This document shows positions 53,054 to 62,591 of a stretch of 64,000 bases of DNA, piece after piece; the stretch's first letter is position 1; each line of letters opens with the position of its first letter. A program made the translations under genes and the position numbers. Location of the stretch: NCBI GenBank assembly GCA_050250895.1, contig JBFWNU010000003.1, forward strand, positions 256,001-320,000, read 5' to 3'. The notes beneath the pieces were generated by a model. It searched no databases, was not told where the DNA came from, and was given only the letters and a program-made list of their open reading frames with translations. The DNA is from Vulcanimicrobiota bacterium (GTDB lineage: Bacteria; Vulcanimicrobiota; Xenobia; Xenobiales; JADMJV01).

Positions 53054-53545
53054 ATGTTAAATGTCAGACTAGAAGAACTTAAGGCTAAGCTAGAGGCCTT
53101 ACGAGAAGACGAGAAGATCGAGGCCGCTCAGGGGCGACTGCGCCGGGCGGGTCGAAAGACCTCGCGCTTCCTATCCGACAACGCGGCTCCCCTGGCCCTG
53201 ATCGTGGCCGGCGCCGGCTGGTTGTTATCCAAACAGAGGACTTCCAACGGGGCGGAGGTGCCCGTGCCCCAAGAGCTCGAGAAACCCGAGTTTCCGATGA
53301 CCGGGCTCGACCCCGCTGTGCCCAGCCCTGAAGAGGCCAGGTCCCAAGACCACACCGACGAGCCCTCGGAGTTGTCTCAGAGTGTGAGCCAGCACTTGAT
53401 CGAATCGGCTCGTAAACGACCCCTCTTCGCCGGAGCGGCCCTGGTTGCGGCCGGGCTGGGCATCGGTATTGCCCACGAGGCAGCTTCACGGCACAAAGCT
53501 CAGGCGCTTGGCGAGGTACCAGTAGAAGAGTTGATCACACCCTGA
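53054..53545 (+). CDS. Hypothetical membrane-associated protein (DUF883/DUF3618-like stress protein pattern)
   Basis: RBS AAGGAG; two P-L-A-L-x-x-A-G-x-G hydrophobic motifs. Confidence 0.7.
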   Translation: MLNVRLEELKAKLEALREDEKIEAAQGRLRRAGRKTSRFLSDNAAPLALIVAGAGWLLSKQRTSNGAEVPVPQELEKPEFPMTGLDPAVPSPEEARSQDHTDEPSELSQSVSQHLIESARKRPLFAGAALVAAGLGIGIAHEAASRHKAQALGEVPVEELITP

Positions 53546-53612
53546 TCCAACTCACGATGCAGGGAGTTGAGGTGGGGCGTCGAGCCCCGCCTCGACCGAG
53601 GGGGAGGTAGAC

Positions 53613-54914
53613 ATGAATTCATCGGTTCGCTGGCCATCGGCTTTGCTATTTCGCAAGGTAGTGGCCAGTCTCTATTTCTTTCCCACGACCATCGTGGGTT
53701 TGTCGATCGCGCTCGCGGTCGGCCTGCTGTGGATGGGCCCGTCCCTGGAGGTCTTCCAGGCGCTGGGGACCCGCTGGGGCGGAGACCCCGATAGCGCGCG
53801 CTCTTTTCTCTCCACCGTCGCGTCCTCCTTGATGGGCATCGCCGGGGTGGCCTTCTCGGTGGTGGTGGTGGCCCTGACCCTGGCCAGCAACCAGTTTTGT
53901 CCTCGCGTCTTGAGACACTTCGTCGAGGACCGGATCAACCGCGTCTTCTTCGGCCTGTTGTTGGGCAACTTCTCGTATGCGGTCACGGTGCTGGGCGCCA
54001 TCTCGGACAAGAGTGAGGAGTTGCCCGGATTGGCTTTGCTAGTCTGCTTTGCGTACGTGCTGCTGACCACCGGCATGTTCATCTATTTCATCCATCACCT
54101 GGCCTCGGGCTTGCAAATCGACGCCATCGTGCGGGTGGTGGCCCATCAGACCGAAACCCAGATCGACCGCCTCAAACGAAACCAGCGGCTGCTCGGACCA
54201 GCCCTTCCCGCCCCACCAGCGCATCTGGAGCCGGGCCAACAGCAGCACACGGTAGTGGCCGACACCGACGGCTATGTTCAGGCCGTCGACCTGGAGGAGT
54301 TGCTCGAATTGTCGGGCCGTTGGTCCGAGCCCATCCATCTTCTGGTCGGAGATGGCGACTATGTGACCCGTGGCACCCCGCTGCTACAGCCCCTCAAGCG
54401 TTCCCTCGACGAGGGCGAGAAAGAGCGGATTCGGGAAGCGTTCGAACTGGGCCACCAGCGTTATCTCGACGAGGATATCTCCTATGGCTTTCGCGAGATC
54501 GCCGACATCGCCATCAAAGCGATCTCGCCAGCCATCAACGATCCTACCACTGCCTGCTTTTGTCTGGACACGCTGGCCTGTCTGATGCTGCGCCTGGGCC
54601 AGGATGCCTGGCCGCCAGCGTGTCGCGAAGGGGAAGACGGAGCCAGTGTCACTTTGACTCGCAATCGCCCGGAGTTCTATCTCAGGTTGTGCTGTCTGCA
54701 AATCACGCATTTCGCCCAGAACGATCCGATGGTGTTGCTGGGTTTGCTACACTTCCTGGCCCGAGTCAAGCCCGTTGACGAAAGCCAGAGTTGGACCGAT
54801 GCCCTCCAGACCCAGATTGACGCGGTGGTCGAGGCAGCCCGCGCCGGCCAGCTCGCGCCCCGCTTAGCGGCCGAGATCGAGTCGATGGCCTCAGATGTCT
54901 TTAGCCATTCTTAA
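53613..54914 (+). CDS. DUF2254 family membrane protein
   Basis: LTLASNQFCPR, GYVQAVD and DIAIKAISPAINDPTTA. Confidence 0.88.
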   Translation: MNSSVRWPSALLFRKVVASLYFFPTTIVGLSIALAVGLLWMGPSLEVFQALGTRWGGDPDSARSFLSTVASSLMGIAGVAFSVVVVALTLASNQFCPRVLRHFVEDRINRVFFGLLLGNFSYAVTVLGAISDKSEELPGLALLVCFAYVLLTTGMFIYFIHHLASGLQIDAIVRVVAHQTETQIDRLKRNQRLLGPALPAPPAHLEPGQQQHTVVADTDGYVQAVDLEELLELSGRWSEPIHLLVGDGDYVTRGTPLLQPLKRSLDEGEKERIREAFELGHQRYLDEDISYGFREIADIAIKAISPAINDPTTACFCLDTLACLMLRLGQDAWPPACREGEDGASVTLTRNRPEFYLRLCCLQITHFAQNDPMVLLGLLHFLARVKPVDESQSWTDALQTQIDAVVEAARAGQLAPRLAAEIESMASDVFSHS

Positions 54915-54986
54915 GAAAACCGAGAGCAAGCCTTAAGCCCTCCCGGCTAGGATAAGCCCATCAAAAGTTTCGGAGGAAACACACGG

Positions 54987-55544
54987 ATGAAAACCAGGAT
55001 TCTTGGCGCCCTTCTCGCCGGCCTTTGCATTCTCGGTGCCCCCGCCTGGGCCAACCGCGGCCACGGTGACAACCTCGAGAGGATGCAAAAGCACCTCGGC
55101 CTGAGCGACGAGCAACTCCAACAGCTCAAGCCTTACGCCGAGAATATGCAACACCGGATTCAAAGCGAGCGGGACGCCTTCAAAGCTACGCTGACCCAGG
55201 AACAGATTGCCAAGTTTGAAGAGGCCAAAAAGAGTCACCGCGGCAAGGGCGAGTGGAAAAAGCACCGCAAAGGCAACGGTGAACAAGCCAACGGCGAGCG
55301 CCCCAAGCGCGAACGCCCGACCCCCGAGCAGATGGCCCAATGGCGCCAGCAGATGGCCGCCAAGTTCGCTCAGGAATACAACTTGACCGCCCAGCAGCAG
55401 GCTGCCTTCACCCGGATGCAAACCGCTATCCAAGCTGAGCGCCAGGCATTCCGCAGCCAACTGATGTCGGTGCTGACCGCCGAGCAACAGCAGAAGATGC
55501 AAGAGCGCAAACACCGTGGTGGCCGACACCACCAAGAGAGTTAA
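54987..55544 (+). CDS. Spy/CpxP-like periplasmic chaperone
   Basis: Signal peptide; LSDEQ, LTQEQ, LTAQQ and VLTAEQ (LTxxQ) motifs. Confidence 0.8.
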   Translation: MKTRILGALLAGLCILGAPAWANRGHGDNLERMQKHLGLSDEQLQQLKPYAENMQHRIQSERDAFKATLTQEQIAKFEEAKKSHRGKGEWKKHRKGNGEQANGERPKRERPTPEQMAQWRQQMAAKFAQEYNLTAQQQAAFTRMQTAIQAERQAFRSQLMSVLTAEQQQKMQERKHRGGRHHQES

Positions 55545-55578
55545 CTAGCGAAGCCCCCTCCTAACACACCCGATCCCC

Positions 55579-55613
55579 GGCCGGAGCTACCCAGCTCCGG
55601 CCTCTTTTTTTTT
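55579..55613 (+). terminator. Rho-independent terminator
   Basis: GGCCGGAGCT-ACCC-AGCTCCGGCC followed by a T run. Confidence 0.9.
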
Positions 55614-55639
55614 GGCGGGCAGGCTGGGGATTTTGGCGG

Positions 55640-56059
55640 TGCGGCGCGCGGTCGAAGCACAGGTCGGTGTGGCACGCCAGTGCGGCACCTGAGAGATAAA
55701 CCGCGGAGATCAGGAGGGCACGGAGAGGTTGTGGGGGGCGTGGGGTGAGCGTCCTGGCGAATTTATGGGTCAGGGTTTTGCCACCTCGAACGGGGTGCTC
55801 AAAACGGCGGTGGCTCGGTGGTTGGTGGTTGCCCGATCCCGATGCGCGTCTGTCGTGGCGGCGCGGCGCGTGGTCGAAGCACAGGTCGGTGTGGCACGCC
55901 AGTGGGGCGCCTGAGAAATAAACCGCGGAGATCAGGAGGGCACGGAGAGGGTTGTGGGGGGCGTGGGGTGAGCGTCCTGGCGAATTCATGGGTTAGGGTT
56001 TTGCCACCTCGAACGGGGTGCTCAAAACGGCGGTGGCTTGGTGGCTACCCGATCCCGAT
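55640..56059. repeat. Two tandem copies (~222-bp period) of the core of the 6.6-kb repeat
   Basis: CCGCGGAGATCAGGAGGG at 55701 and 55923, each followed by GGGGTGAGCGTCCTGGCGAA...GGGGTGCTCAAAACGGCGG. Confidence 0.9.
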
Positions 56060-56251
56060 CAATATGGAGGCCACTCTCAAGGTAAGCGGGCCGCGGAGGG
56101 GGTATGCGTCACGTCTGCGCTCGACCGGATGAACCGCGGGGGCCGCGGAGTGCCGCGGAGGGGTAGGCGTAAGCTGGAAGCGGGGACGATCTTGTTTCCG
56201 CGGGTGCCAGCCTCGACGGGTGAAGGTGGAAAGTGGGCCGAAGCTAGCTCG

Positions 56252-56668
56252 ATGATTCGGTTGTCTAAGAACGCTACTGATGCCCAGATAGTGGAGGCCG
56301 TTGAGCAGTGGGTTCGTCTATTGGCGGCTGGCGACTATCGGGGCGCTTTCGAGCTTACTGACCATGGGCCCGATGACCACCTGACGCCCGAGGTGATTCG
56401 GACGCTGATTCGCAATTACGGCAGTATCGAGCCAATGAAGGATGGATCAGTCTATCGCGTGACTGAACCTCGAGAGGCCGTCGTGGTAGACGTAACGCCT
56501 CGGCCTCAAATAGAGAGGTTCTCTGACGGGCCTCCCGACTATCTTGGCTACGTCCACTACGACCTGCCTCTCAACGGCCGGTGGAGCGACCTGACGGCGG
56601 TCTTCACGCTGACTCTCGCCGAGTGCGGGGCTCTCACGCTTGCTCTCGACGAGATTCACGTGCTCTAG
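56252..56668 (+). CDS. Hypothetical protein, immunity-protein-like
   Basis: YDLPLNGRWSDLTAVF motif and C-terminal DEIHVL; codon usage looks different from neighbours. Confidence 0.65.
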   Translation: MIRLSKNATDAQIVEAVEQWVRLLAAGDYRGAFELTDHGPDDHLTPEVIRTLIRNYGSIEPMKDGSVYRVTEPREAVVVDVTPRPQIERFSDGPPDYLGYVHYDLPLNGRWSDLTAVFTLTLAECGALTLALDEIHVL

Positions 56669-56678
56669 GCCCGCCCCC

Positions 56679-57455
56679 TTACCGCCGCGTGGTGAGGTTG
56701 AGGGTCGACTCGGTGTGGCTGAGCACCTTGTCGGAGCCGAGCACCACGGTCTGGTCAATGGTGGTGTGGGTGGTTTGTTTAACGGCCACGCCGGTGGCCA
56801 GGTCGACTTGCATCGTCCAATGGACCTTGCCGTTCGACGCGGTGCTGGCCCAGGTGGTGGCTTGCGGCTGGCCGTTGGCGTCGCGAGGGCCCAGGGCCTG
56901 GCTCTCGAGATTGAACTCGAGTTTGGCCTGGCCGCCCTCGACGGCCACCAGGGTGCCGGTTCCCCAGATACGGGTGTGGACCGGCAGGCTCTGGTTTCCA
57001 ACCGCAACCACGGCGTGGTTGTTGCCCTCGACCGGCCAGCTCTCGCCGACCGCGACCGAGGTCAGGGGATAGAGCGCGGGCTGGTTGAAGGAGCTGGCTA
57101 GTGCGCCGGGGGTCGAGTTGGCCACCTGTTGCTCGGCGAACTTGGTAATCTGGAAGCCGATGGGCAAGACGGGCAGGACGTTCTCTTGGCCTGGGCTACT
57201 CCAGCGCTTCAACTCGCGTTGCTGGACCACCGCCCCGGTGAGGTCGCGCGAGACGACCCTGTCTTGCCAGGCCAGGTCATACTGTTCGGTCGAGCTGGTC
57301 TGGGCTCCGTCGGGGAAGGTCACCGTGTTCTTGACGGTGAGCGTGCCCGAGGTCGACCAGTCAGATTGCGGTTCGGGTTTGTAGCGCAGTTGAATTTTGC
57401 CGGCCGCCAGCACCGCCGAACAGAGCAGCAGGCACAACAGAATTCTTGTTTTCAT
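56679..57455 (-). CDS. Secreted beta-rich hypothetical protein (DUF6263-like)
   Basis: Signal peptide; LRYKP, VAVGESW and DLATG. Confidence 0.75.
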   Translation of the reverse strand: MKTRILLCLLLCSAVLAAGKIQLRYKPEPQSDWSTSGTLTVKNTVTFPDGAQTSSTEQYDLAWQDRVVSRDLTGAVVQQRELKRWSSPGQENVLPVLPIGFQITKFAEQQVANSTPGALASSFNQPALYPLTSVAVGESWPVEGNNHAVVAVGNQSLPVHTRIWGTGTLVAVEGGQAKLEFNLESQALGPRDANGQPQATTWASTASNGKVHWTMQVDLATGVAVKQTTHTTIDQTVVLGSDKVLSHTESTLNLTTRR

Positions 57456-58384
57456 CTTGTCATCGTGCCTCTCTGAATGGTTGGTTGAGCGTCAGCGGCC
57501 GGAGTGGCCGGAACCTTGGCCGGACCGAGGGCCGGCTGACTGAAGACTCCATTGTAGTGGTCGGGGCCGTGGACCGAGTCAGGGTTGCCGCTTTGGGCCG
57601 CGTGGGGGTCGAGGATGATGACCAGCTTCGGGTTGCGAGTGGATTGCAGGGCGGCCATGTTGTGCTCGGTATTGCGCGTGCCGAGGGCCACGATCAAACC
57701 GGTCGTTCCGCCGACCAGGGTGCCCAGGGGGCCACCCAGTGCGGTTCCGCCGGCGGCCATCTTGACGATGATGATGCCACCGATGGGGGCACCGAAATAG
57801 GCTCCATACTGCCGTCCGGCTCCCGGGTCCCAGCTATAACTGTGGACTGTGAACGGATTGGAACCGCCGGTTTGAGGGCCGAGGACCTCGAGAGTCTTGT
57901 CGGACATGTCGGCACAACCGCGAGTGAACGTATCGCCGCTGAAGCTGTTGAAGAAGTTGCGCAGGCCTCCGGGAGCTCCGTCGAAGACGCGGGGATTGGC
58001 CTTGACGTAGCCGTTGATGCCGTTCTGGTATTTGGTCAGCAGGTCGCCCAGGTTGCCCAGTTCGGAAGGGGTCAGCTGGTTAAGCACGTTGTTCAGGGCG
58101 GGGTCGTTGTTGGCCTGGTTGGCAAGAGCTGCGATGGGCGAATCAGGGTGGTCTTTCACCCAATTGCTGAAGTCCCCAACCGACTCTTCATCGGCCGAGG
58201 CTCCGGGTTGGTCGGGAGTGTCGGGGTCGACCCGGCCTGGGTCAAGCGACGGCGGGGCCGAGATGCCGGTAGGCGTGGTGGTCGAGCTGCCCGGTGGACA
58301 GGTGCAGTTCGGGGGTTGGGCCCAGGCGATACCCAAGACTAGAATGAGTAGGCAGAGGGTCCATCGTCTGATCAGGTTTTGCAT
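57452..58384 (-). CDS. Secreted protein with possible papain/transglutaminase-like C-H-D triad
   Basis: RBS GGAGG; signal peptide; GCADMS, EHN and ILDP; glycine-zipper insert. Confidence 0.65.
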   Translation of the reverse strand: MQNLIRRWTLCLLILVLGIAWAQPPNCTCPPGSSTTTPTGISAPPSLDPGRVDPDTPDQPGASADEESVGDFSNWVKDHPDSPIAALANQANNDPALNNVLNQLTPSELGNLGDLLTKYQNGINGYVKANPRVFDGAPGGLRNFFNSFSGDTFTRGCADMSDKTLEVLGPQTGGSNPFTVHSYSWDPGAGRQYGAYFGAPIGGIIIVKMAAGGTALGGPLGTLVGGTTGLIVALGTRNTEHNMAALQSTRNPKLVIILDPHAAQSGNPDSVHGPDHYNGVFSQPALGPAKVPATPAADAQPTIQRGTMTR

Positions 58385-58483
58385 GGCTACCTCCAATGCT
58401 CCCACCTAATCTGTAGCAGAATTTGAGCGGAGGGAGTATGTCCGCGATCATTTCCAAGCCGGATTTTGGGGGGCACGGCCGCT

Positions 58484-60022
58484 TTACCCGGCCGCGTTTC
58501 GCGGTAGCCTGGCCGGGCGATAGCCGTTGGTGACCGGCATCAGGCGGCCGCCGCCGAAGGCGGTAACCGAAACCTTGAGCACGATCGGGCCCTGGCGGCG
58601 CTTGAGCTGATGGCGCTCGAGGCCCGGGTCGACGCGCCGCTCGGCGATGGTTGCCTCGATCCGCGGGGCCACCCGCGCGTAGTCGAAAGGGTCGACCTGC
58701 TCGGGCCGCAGTTCGGCGCTGGGAGGTCGCTCCAGGATGAAGTCGGGAATCACGGTGCGACGGGCCAGTTGATAGACCTGGGGCTTGGTGAGGTCACCCA
58801 GGGGGCTCAAGGTGCCGGCCAGGTCGCCATAAAGAGTGCCATAGCCCAGGCTCAACTCGGTCTTGTTGCTGGTGTTGAGCAGGGTACCTCCGAAGCGGTT
58901 GACATAAGCCATAAGAATGACCATGCGCAGGCGGGCCTGAACGTTCTCGGCTCCGGTGCCCTCGAGCAAGCCGTCGAGGCTGGCCTCGGCCGCCGCGTGC
59001 AGCGGCTCGAGCGATCGGACCTCGAATTTGATGCCGAGCCGGCGTGCGAGTTCGGCGGCCGATTCGGTCGAACGCGGGTCGTTGTGGCGCGATGGCAGGG
59101 CCACGGCCAGGACTCGCTCGGGTCCCACTGCGTCGGCAGCCAGGCAGGCGACCAGGGCCGAGTCGATCCCGCCCGACAGGCCCAGCACAGCGTAGTAGAG
59201 GCGATTCTTGTCAAGAAAGTCGCGCACTCCCAACTTGAGCGCCTGCCAGGTTCGGGCCTCCCAGCTGGGCTCGGGAAGGAGGCAGCAGGAGCCGGGTGTG
59301 ACGATCGTAATACACTCGTCGAATTGGTCCACCTGGTGCAGACTACCAGCCTGGTGGCAGAAGCTGCCTCCGTCAAAGATCAGCTCGTCTTGACCTCCCA
59401 CTGCGTTGACGTAGATCAGCGGCAACTTCTGACGGGCCGCCATTTCTAGCCGCCGCTGCTCGATACCCTGGCGATAGGGCGAGGCCGAGAGACAGACCAG
59501 GATCTCGGCTCCGGCGCGGGTCAGTTCGGCTCCGGGGTGGATGGTGTAACTCTCATCCCAGAGGTCTTCGCAGAGCAAGATTCCCAGGCGTTTTCCAGCC
59601 ACCTCGACCGGAGTGGTGGGAGGCCCCGGCTCGAACCAGCGAGGCTCATGGAAGACATCATAGCAGGGGAGTATCTGCTTGGCCCGGCGGGCCAGGATGT
59701 GGCCACCCTCGGCCACCACGGCCTGGTTGTAGAGGCCGGGCGAGTTGGGTCGAGCAAAGTCGGCCCGACCCAGGCTGCCCAAGATCATGGCCGGCCCTCC
59801 GGCCGTGGCCTCGGCCAGTTCGTGGTTGATGGCCTCGACGCGGGTCACCAGGGCGCTGTCGTAAACCAGGTCCAGCGGGGGGTAGCCGGTCACGATCATT
59901 TCGGGAAAGACCACCAGTTCCGCGCGACGTTCGGCAGCGTAGGCATAGGCCGCCAGTATGCGGGCGCGATTGCCCTCCAGGTCGCCTACACGGCTATTAA
60001 TCTGGGCGATGGCGATACGCAT
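58484..60022 (-). CDS. nadE: Glutamine-dependent NAD+ synthetase
   Basis: Nitrilase triad FPE / K..LP / CEDLW; LSGGIDS, ENVQARLR, NKTE and PSAEL; RBS AAGGAGG. Confidence 0.95.
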   Translation of the reverse strand: MRIAIAQINSRVGDLEGNRARILAAYAYAAERRAELVVFPEMIVTGYPPLDLVYDSALVTRVEAINHELAEATAGGPAMILGSLGRADFARPNSPGLYNQAVVAEGGHILARRAKQILPCYDVFHEPRWFEPGPPTTPVEVAGKRLGILLCEDLWDESYTIHPGAELTRAGAEILVCLSASPYRQGIEQRRLEMAARQKLPLIYVNAVGGQDELIFDGGSFCHQAGSLHQVDQFDECITIVTPGSCCLLPEPSWEARTWQALKLGVRDFLDKNRLYYAVLGLSGGIDSALVACLAADAVGPERVLAVALPSRHNDPRSTESAAELARRLGIKFEVRSLEPLHAAAEASLDGLLEGTGAENVQARLRMVILMAYVNRFGGTLLNTSNKTELSLGYGTLYGDLAGTLSPLGDLTKPQVYQLARRTVIPDFILERPPSAELRPEQVDPFDYARVAPRIEATIAERRVDPGLERHQLKRRQGPIVLKVSVTAFGGGRLMPVTNGYRPARLPRNAAG

Positions 60023-60915
60023 GGGAGGACCTCCTTGGCCACTTCTTCCAGCAGGTTGAGGGCGGCCAGCACCGTGTCTCGGCGCAGGCAAACCTCGTCC
60101 CCGAGCATGAAGGTTCGATAGCCCAGCCCGATCAGATAAGCGGCGTCGCTGATATCGGCCGCGCTGGGCACGAGGTCGCTGGCCAGCGAGCCAAACAGGC
60201 GGCTGGCCACGATGGCGGTCGGGTCGGCCTCGATGACGGTTTTGAGGGCGGCCAGAATCCGGTGGGGCCGCATCACCTCGACAAAGAGATCGCCGCGGGC
60301 GGCCATCAGGCGCCCGTGGCCGGCACCCTCGCGGCGGGCCAGTTCAAGACCGGCCAGGCTCTCGATCTTGAGCACCACCTCGGCCTCGGGCAAGCGCCCT
60401 CGCACGGCCGCCACGTCCTGGCCAGACTGGGCGAAGCTAAGCATCACCCGCCGCAGTCCTAGTTCGCGCATAGCAGCCAGATAGCTCTCGTCGGTCGGGG
60501 TGAGCAGCCCCTCGACTTCAAGACTGGGGTCGACAAGGTTGACCGACTCGCCCGGACCGACCAGTCGCCGTGGGCCATCGGCCAGGATGAGCCGGTCGCC
60601 ATCCACCGCCACCACTCTGGCTCGCTCGCGACCATCGTTGAAGTAGGCGTCGCAGGGCGTGTTCACCTGCAGGCGATGGCTGACCCTCACTTCGGTGAAA
60701 GGCGGAACGGCCGCTCCCACCACCCGCAACTGGCGCGCTTTGAGATCGACCCACAGTGGTTGCCCAAACCCCGCCAACCGCTCGAGCACGGGAGCGGGCG
60801 GCCCGGCCAGCGGCATGACCGTGTTCAGGCGCAAACCGCCGACCAGGGGATGGGCGGCCACTTCCGCCACGAAGTCGGCATAAGGCGGCACGGTGACGAT
60901 GGCCGAGAGATTCAT
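59986..60915 (-). CDS. Pyruvate-kinase-like protein lacking the C-terminal domain
   Basis: RLN, DLK, SFAQ..DV, KIE, ARGDL.VE, PSAADISD and ML.DE; about 309 aa. Confidence 0.8.
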   Translation of the reverse strand: MNLSAIVTVPPYADFVAEVAAHPLVGGLRLNTVMPLAGPPAPVLERLAGFGQPLWVDLKARQLRVVGAAVPPFTEVRVSHRLQVNTPCDAYFNDGRERARVVAVDGDRLILADGPRRLVGPGESVNLVDPSLEVEGLLTPTDESYLAAMRELGLRRVMLSFAQSGQDVAAVRGRLPEAEVVLKIESLAGLELARREGAGHGRLMAARGDLFVEVMRPHRILAALKTVIEADPTAIVASRLFGSLASDLVPSAADISDAAYLIGLGYRTFMLGDEVCLRRDTVLAALNLLEEVAKEVLPCVSPSPRLIAV

Positions 60916-61814
60916 CAGGCTGTCCGTCCGGTGTCGCGCATGACGCGGGTGATGCGGCGCTCGATCTTGGCGATGGCCGCCTCTTCCTGGCGGGCCGACA
61001 TGTTGACCTTGAAGTCGCCGAAGTGTCCCCAATGGCGAGCGATCAGGCCCATCGCATAGTCGACCGCCCGGGGCTCGTCGTGAATCTGGATAATCTTTTG
61101 CTCACCCACGGCCTGGCTCCACTGCTTGTCGACCTTGTCGCCTTTGCGACCGGCTCGGCGCAAGAACCAGGTGTCCCAGGTGCGGGCCACCTGTTGCCAT
61201 GTCTTGATCGAGTCCTGGTTCTGAGACTCGCGAGCACCCAGGATGTCGGTCAACTCGCTGGCCTTGATCTTGGCATGCATGGTGGCGTCACCAAAGACGA
61301 TGAGGAAAGGCTTCTCGCCGGTCTTCTTGATGCTCACATGGTTGGCCAGCCACCAGGCGAAGAGGCCGTAGCTCTCGGGCTCGTCGCCGCCGCCGCCTTC
61401 GCCGTAGAGCGACTTGAGTTCGGTTTCTAGGGCGAAGCCTTTGGCAAAGCGGGTTACCTGCAAAGGCCAGCGGTCGCAGTGAGCGTCACCGATGGCGGCA
61501 AAGCAGATCTCGAGGTCGGGTCGATACTGAGAGAGGGTGTTGTAGACCAGCGGTAGGCGGTCAAAAATCTCGGCCGGCCACCCGGCCATCGAGCCGGTGA
61601 CATCGACGGCGATGACCAGCGGAGTCTTGGTCTTCGGAGCCAGATGCTTCTTGGGGTCGATGAGGCTCTCGTCAGGTCCCCGGTGGTTGTAAGTACGCGG
61701 GCCGCGCGAAGCAGCTTCGCGGGCGTCTTTGGCGCGCTCGGCCTTGCGAGCGGAGTCGAATCGATAGGCGCCCGGTCGGGCCCAGTCTTCCATAGAATCT
61801 CCCCAAGAATACAT
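60915..61814 (-). CDS. vWA domain protein
   Basis: MIDAS DVTGSM, IGDAHCD..PLQV, EGGGG...ESY and FGD; RBS GGAGG. Confidence 0.85.
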   Translation of the reverse strand: MYSWGDSMEDWARPGAYRFDSARKAERAKDAREAASRGPRTYNHRGPDESLIDPKKHLAPKTKTPLVIAVDVTGSMAGWPAEIFDRLPLVYNTLSQYRPDLEICFAAIGDAHCDRWPLQVTRFAKGFALETELKSLYGEGGGGDEPESYGLFAWWLANHVSIKKTGEKPFLIVFGDATMHAKIKASELTDILGARESQNQDSIKTWQQVARTWDTWFLRRAGRKGDKVDKQWSQAVGEQKIIQIHDEPRAVDYAMGLIARHWGHFGDFKVNMSARQEEAAIAKIERRITRVMRDTGRTA

Positions 61815-61825
61815 GGTAGCCTCCT

Positions 61826-61870
61826 AGGTGTAGTGTCTACACTTAATAATAGTGTATAGCAAACACTATT
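61826..61870. promoter_or_regulatory. Tandem NrtR-type operators (GT-N7-AC) in an AT-rich promoter region
   Basis: AATAGTGT-ATAGCAA-ACACTATT (61848-61870, perfect) and GTGT-AGTGTCT-ACAC (61828-61842). Confidence 0.7.
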
Positions 61871-62591
61871 TCAAGAGGTGGCGTTCAAAAATCTTGAGGG
61901 GGTCGTCTTTGTCCCAGCGGGGACGGCGTTCTGGCTCCTTTCGGCTGAGACTGACCAAAAGCGCAAGCAGCGGCTCGGGCACGCCCTCGGGGAGGATGCG
62001 CCGCTCGATGTCACCACCCATGGCATAAAGAAGCGAGACGGCCAGCGAGTAGAGGTCGGACTCAGGTAGGGGAGGCGCGCCGGCGGCCACCTCGGGAGCC
62101 ACGAACAGGGGCGTGAAGCCGGCCGCGCTCGAGCCCCGGCGCGGCTTGACGGTGGAGACTCCGAAGTCGACCAGGACCACCCCATGCCGGTCGGGCTCGA
62201 GGAGGATGTTCTCGGGCTTGATGTCGTTGTGCACGATACCCCGATGGTGCAGCAGCCGCAGGGCTCGCAGCAGCCGCCCCAGGACCTGCACGGCCACGGC
62301 CGAATCGATGGGGAGCATGGCTTCCAGGGTGGCTCCTTCGACGAATCGCATGACCAGTGCCAGTCGGCCGTCATCGAGGCGAAACACCTCGCGCAAAGTA
62401 GGCAAGCTAGGATGGTGCAGGTCCCAGAGTATTCTGGCTTCGGCCAGAAACAGGTCGCTGTGGGCGGTCGTGTTGGCCACCTTGATGCAGGCGCGGGTCT
62501 TGAGCAACCGATGGACGGCCTCATAGGTGGTAGCAAATCCGCCCGCTCCCAGCTCGCGCACCAGGTCATAGTTGCCGAGCTTCGCTAGCAC
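61866..62591 (-). CDS. Stand-alone Hanks-type Ser/Thr protein kinase
   Basis: GAGGFA, IK, HNDIKPEN, DFG, APE and DLYS; no sensor domain. Confidence 0.92.
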   Translation of the reverse strand: MLAKLGNYDLVRELGAGGFATTYEAVHRLLKTRACIKVANTTAHSDLFLAEARILWDLHHPSLPTLREVFRLDDGRLALVMRFVEGATLEAMLPIDSAVAVQVLGRLLRALRLLHHRGIVHNDIKPENILLEPDRHGVVLVDFGVSTVKPRRGSSAAGFTPLFVAPEVAAGAPPLPESDLYSLAVSLLYAMGGDIERRILPEGVPEPLLALLVSLSRKEPERRPRWDKDDPLKIFERHLLK

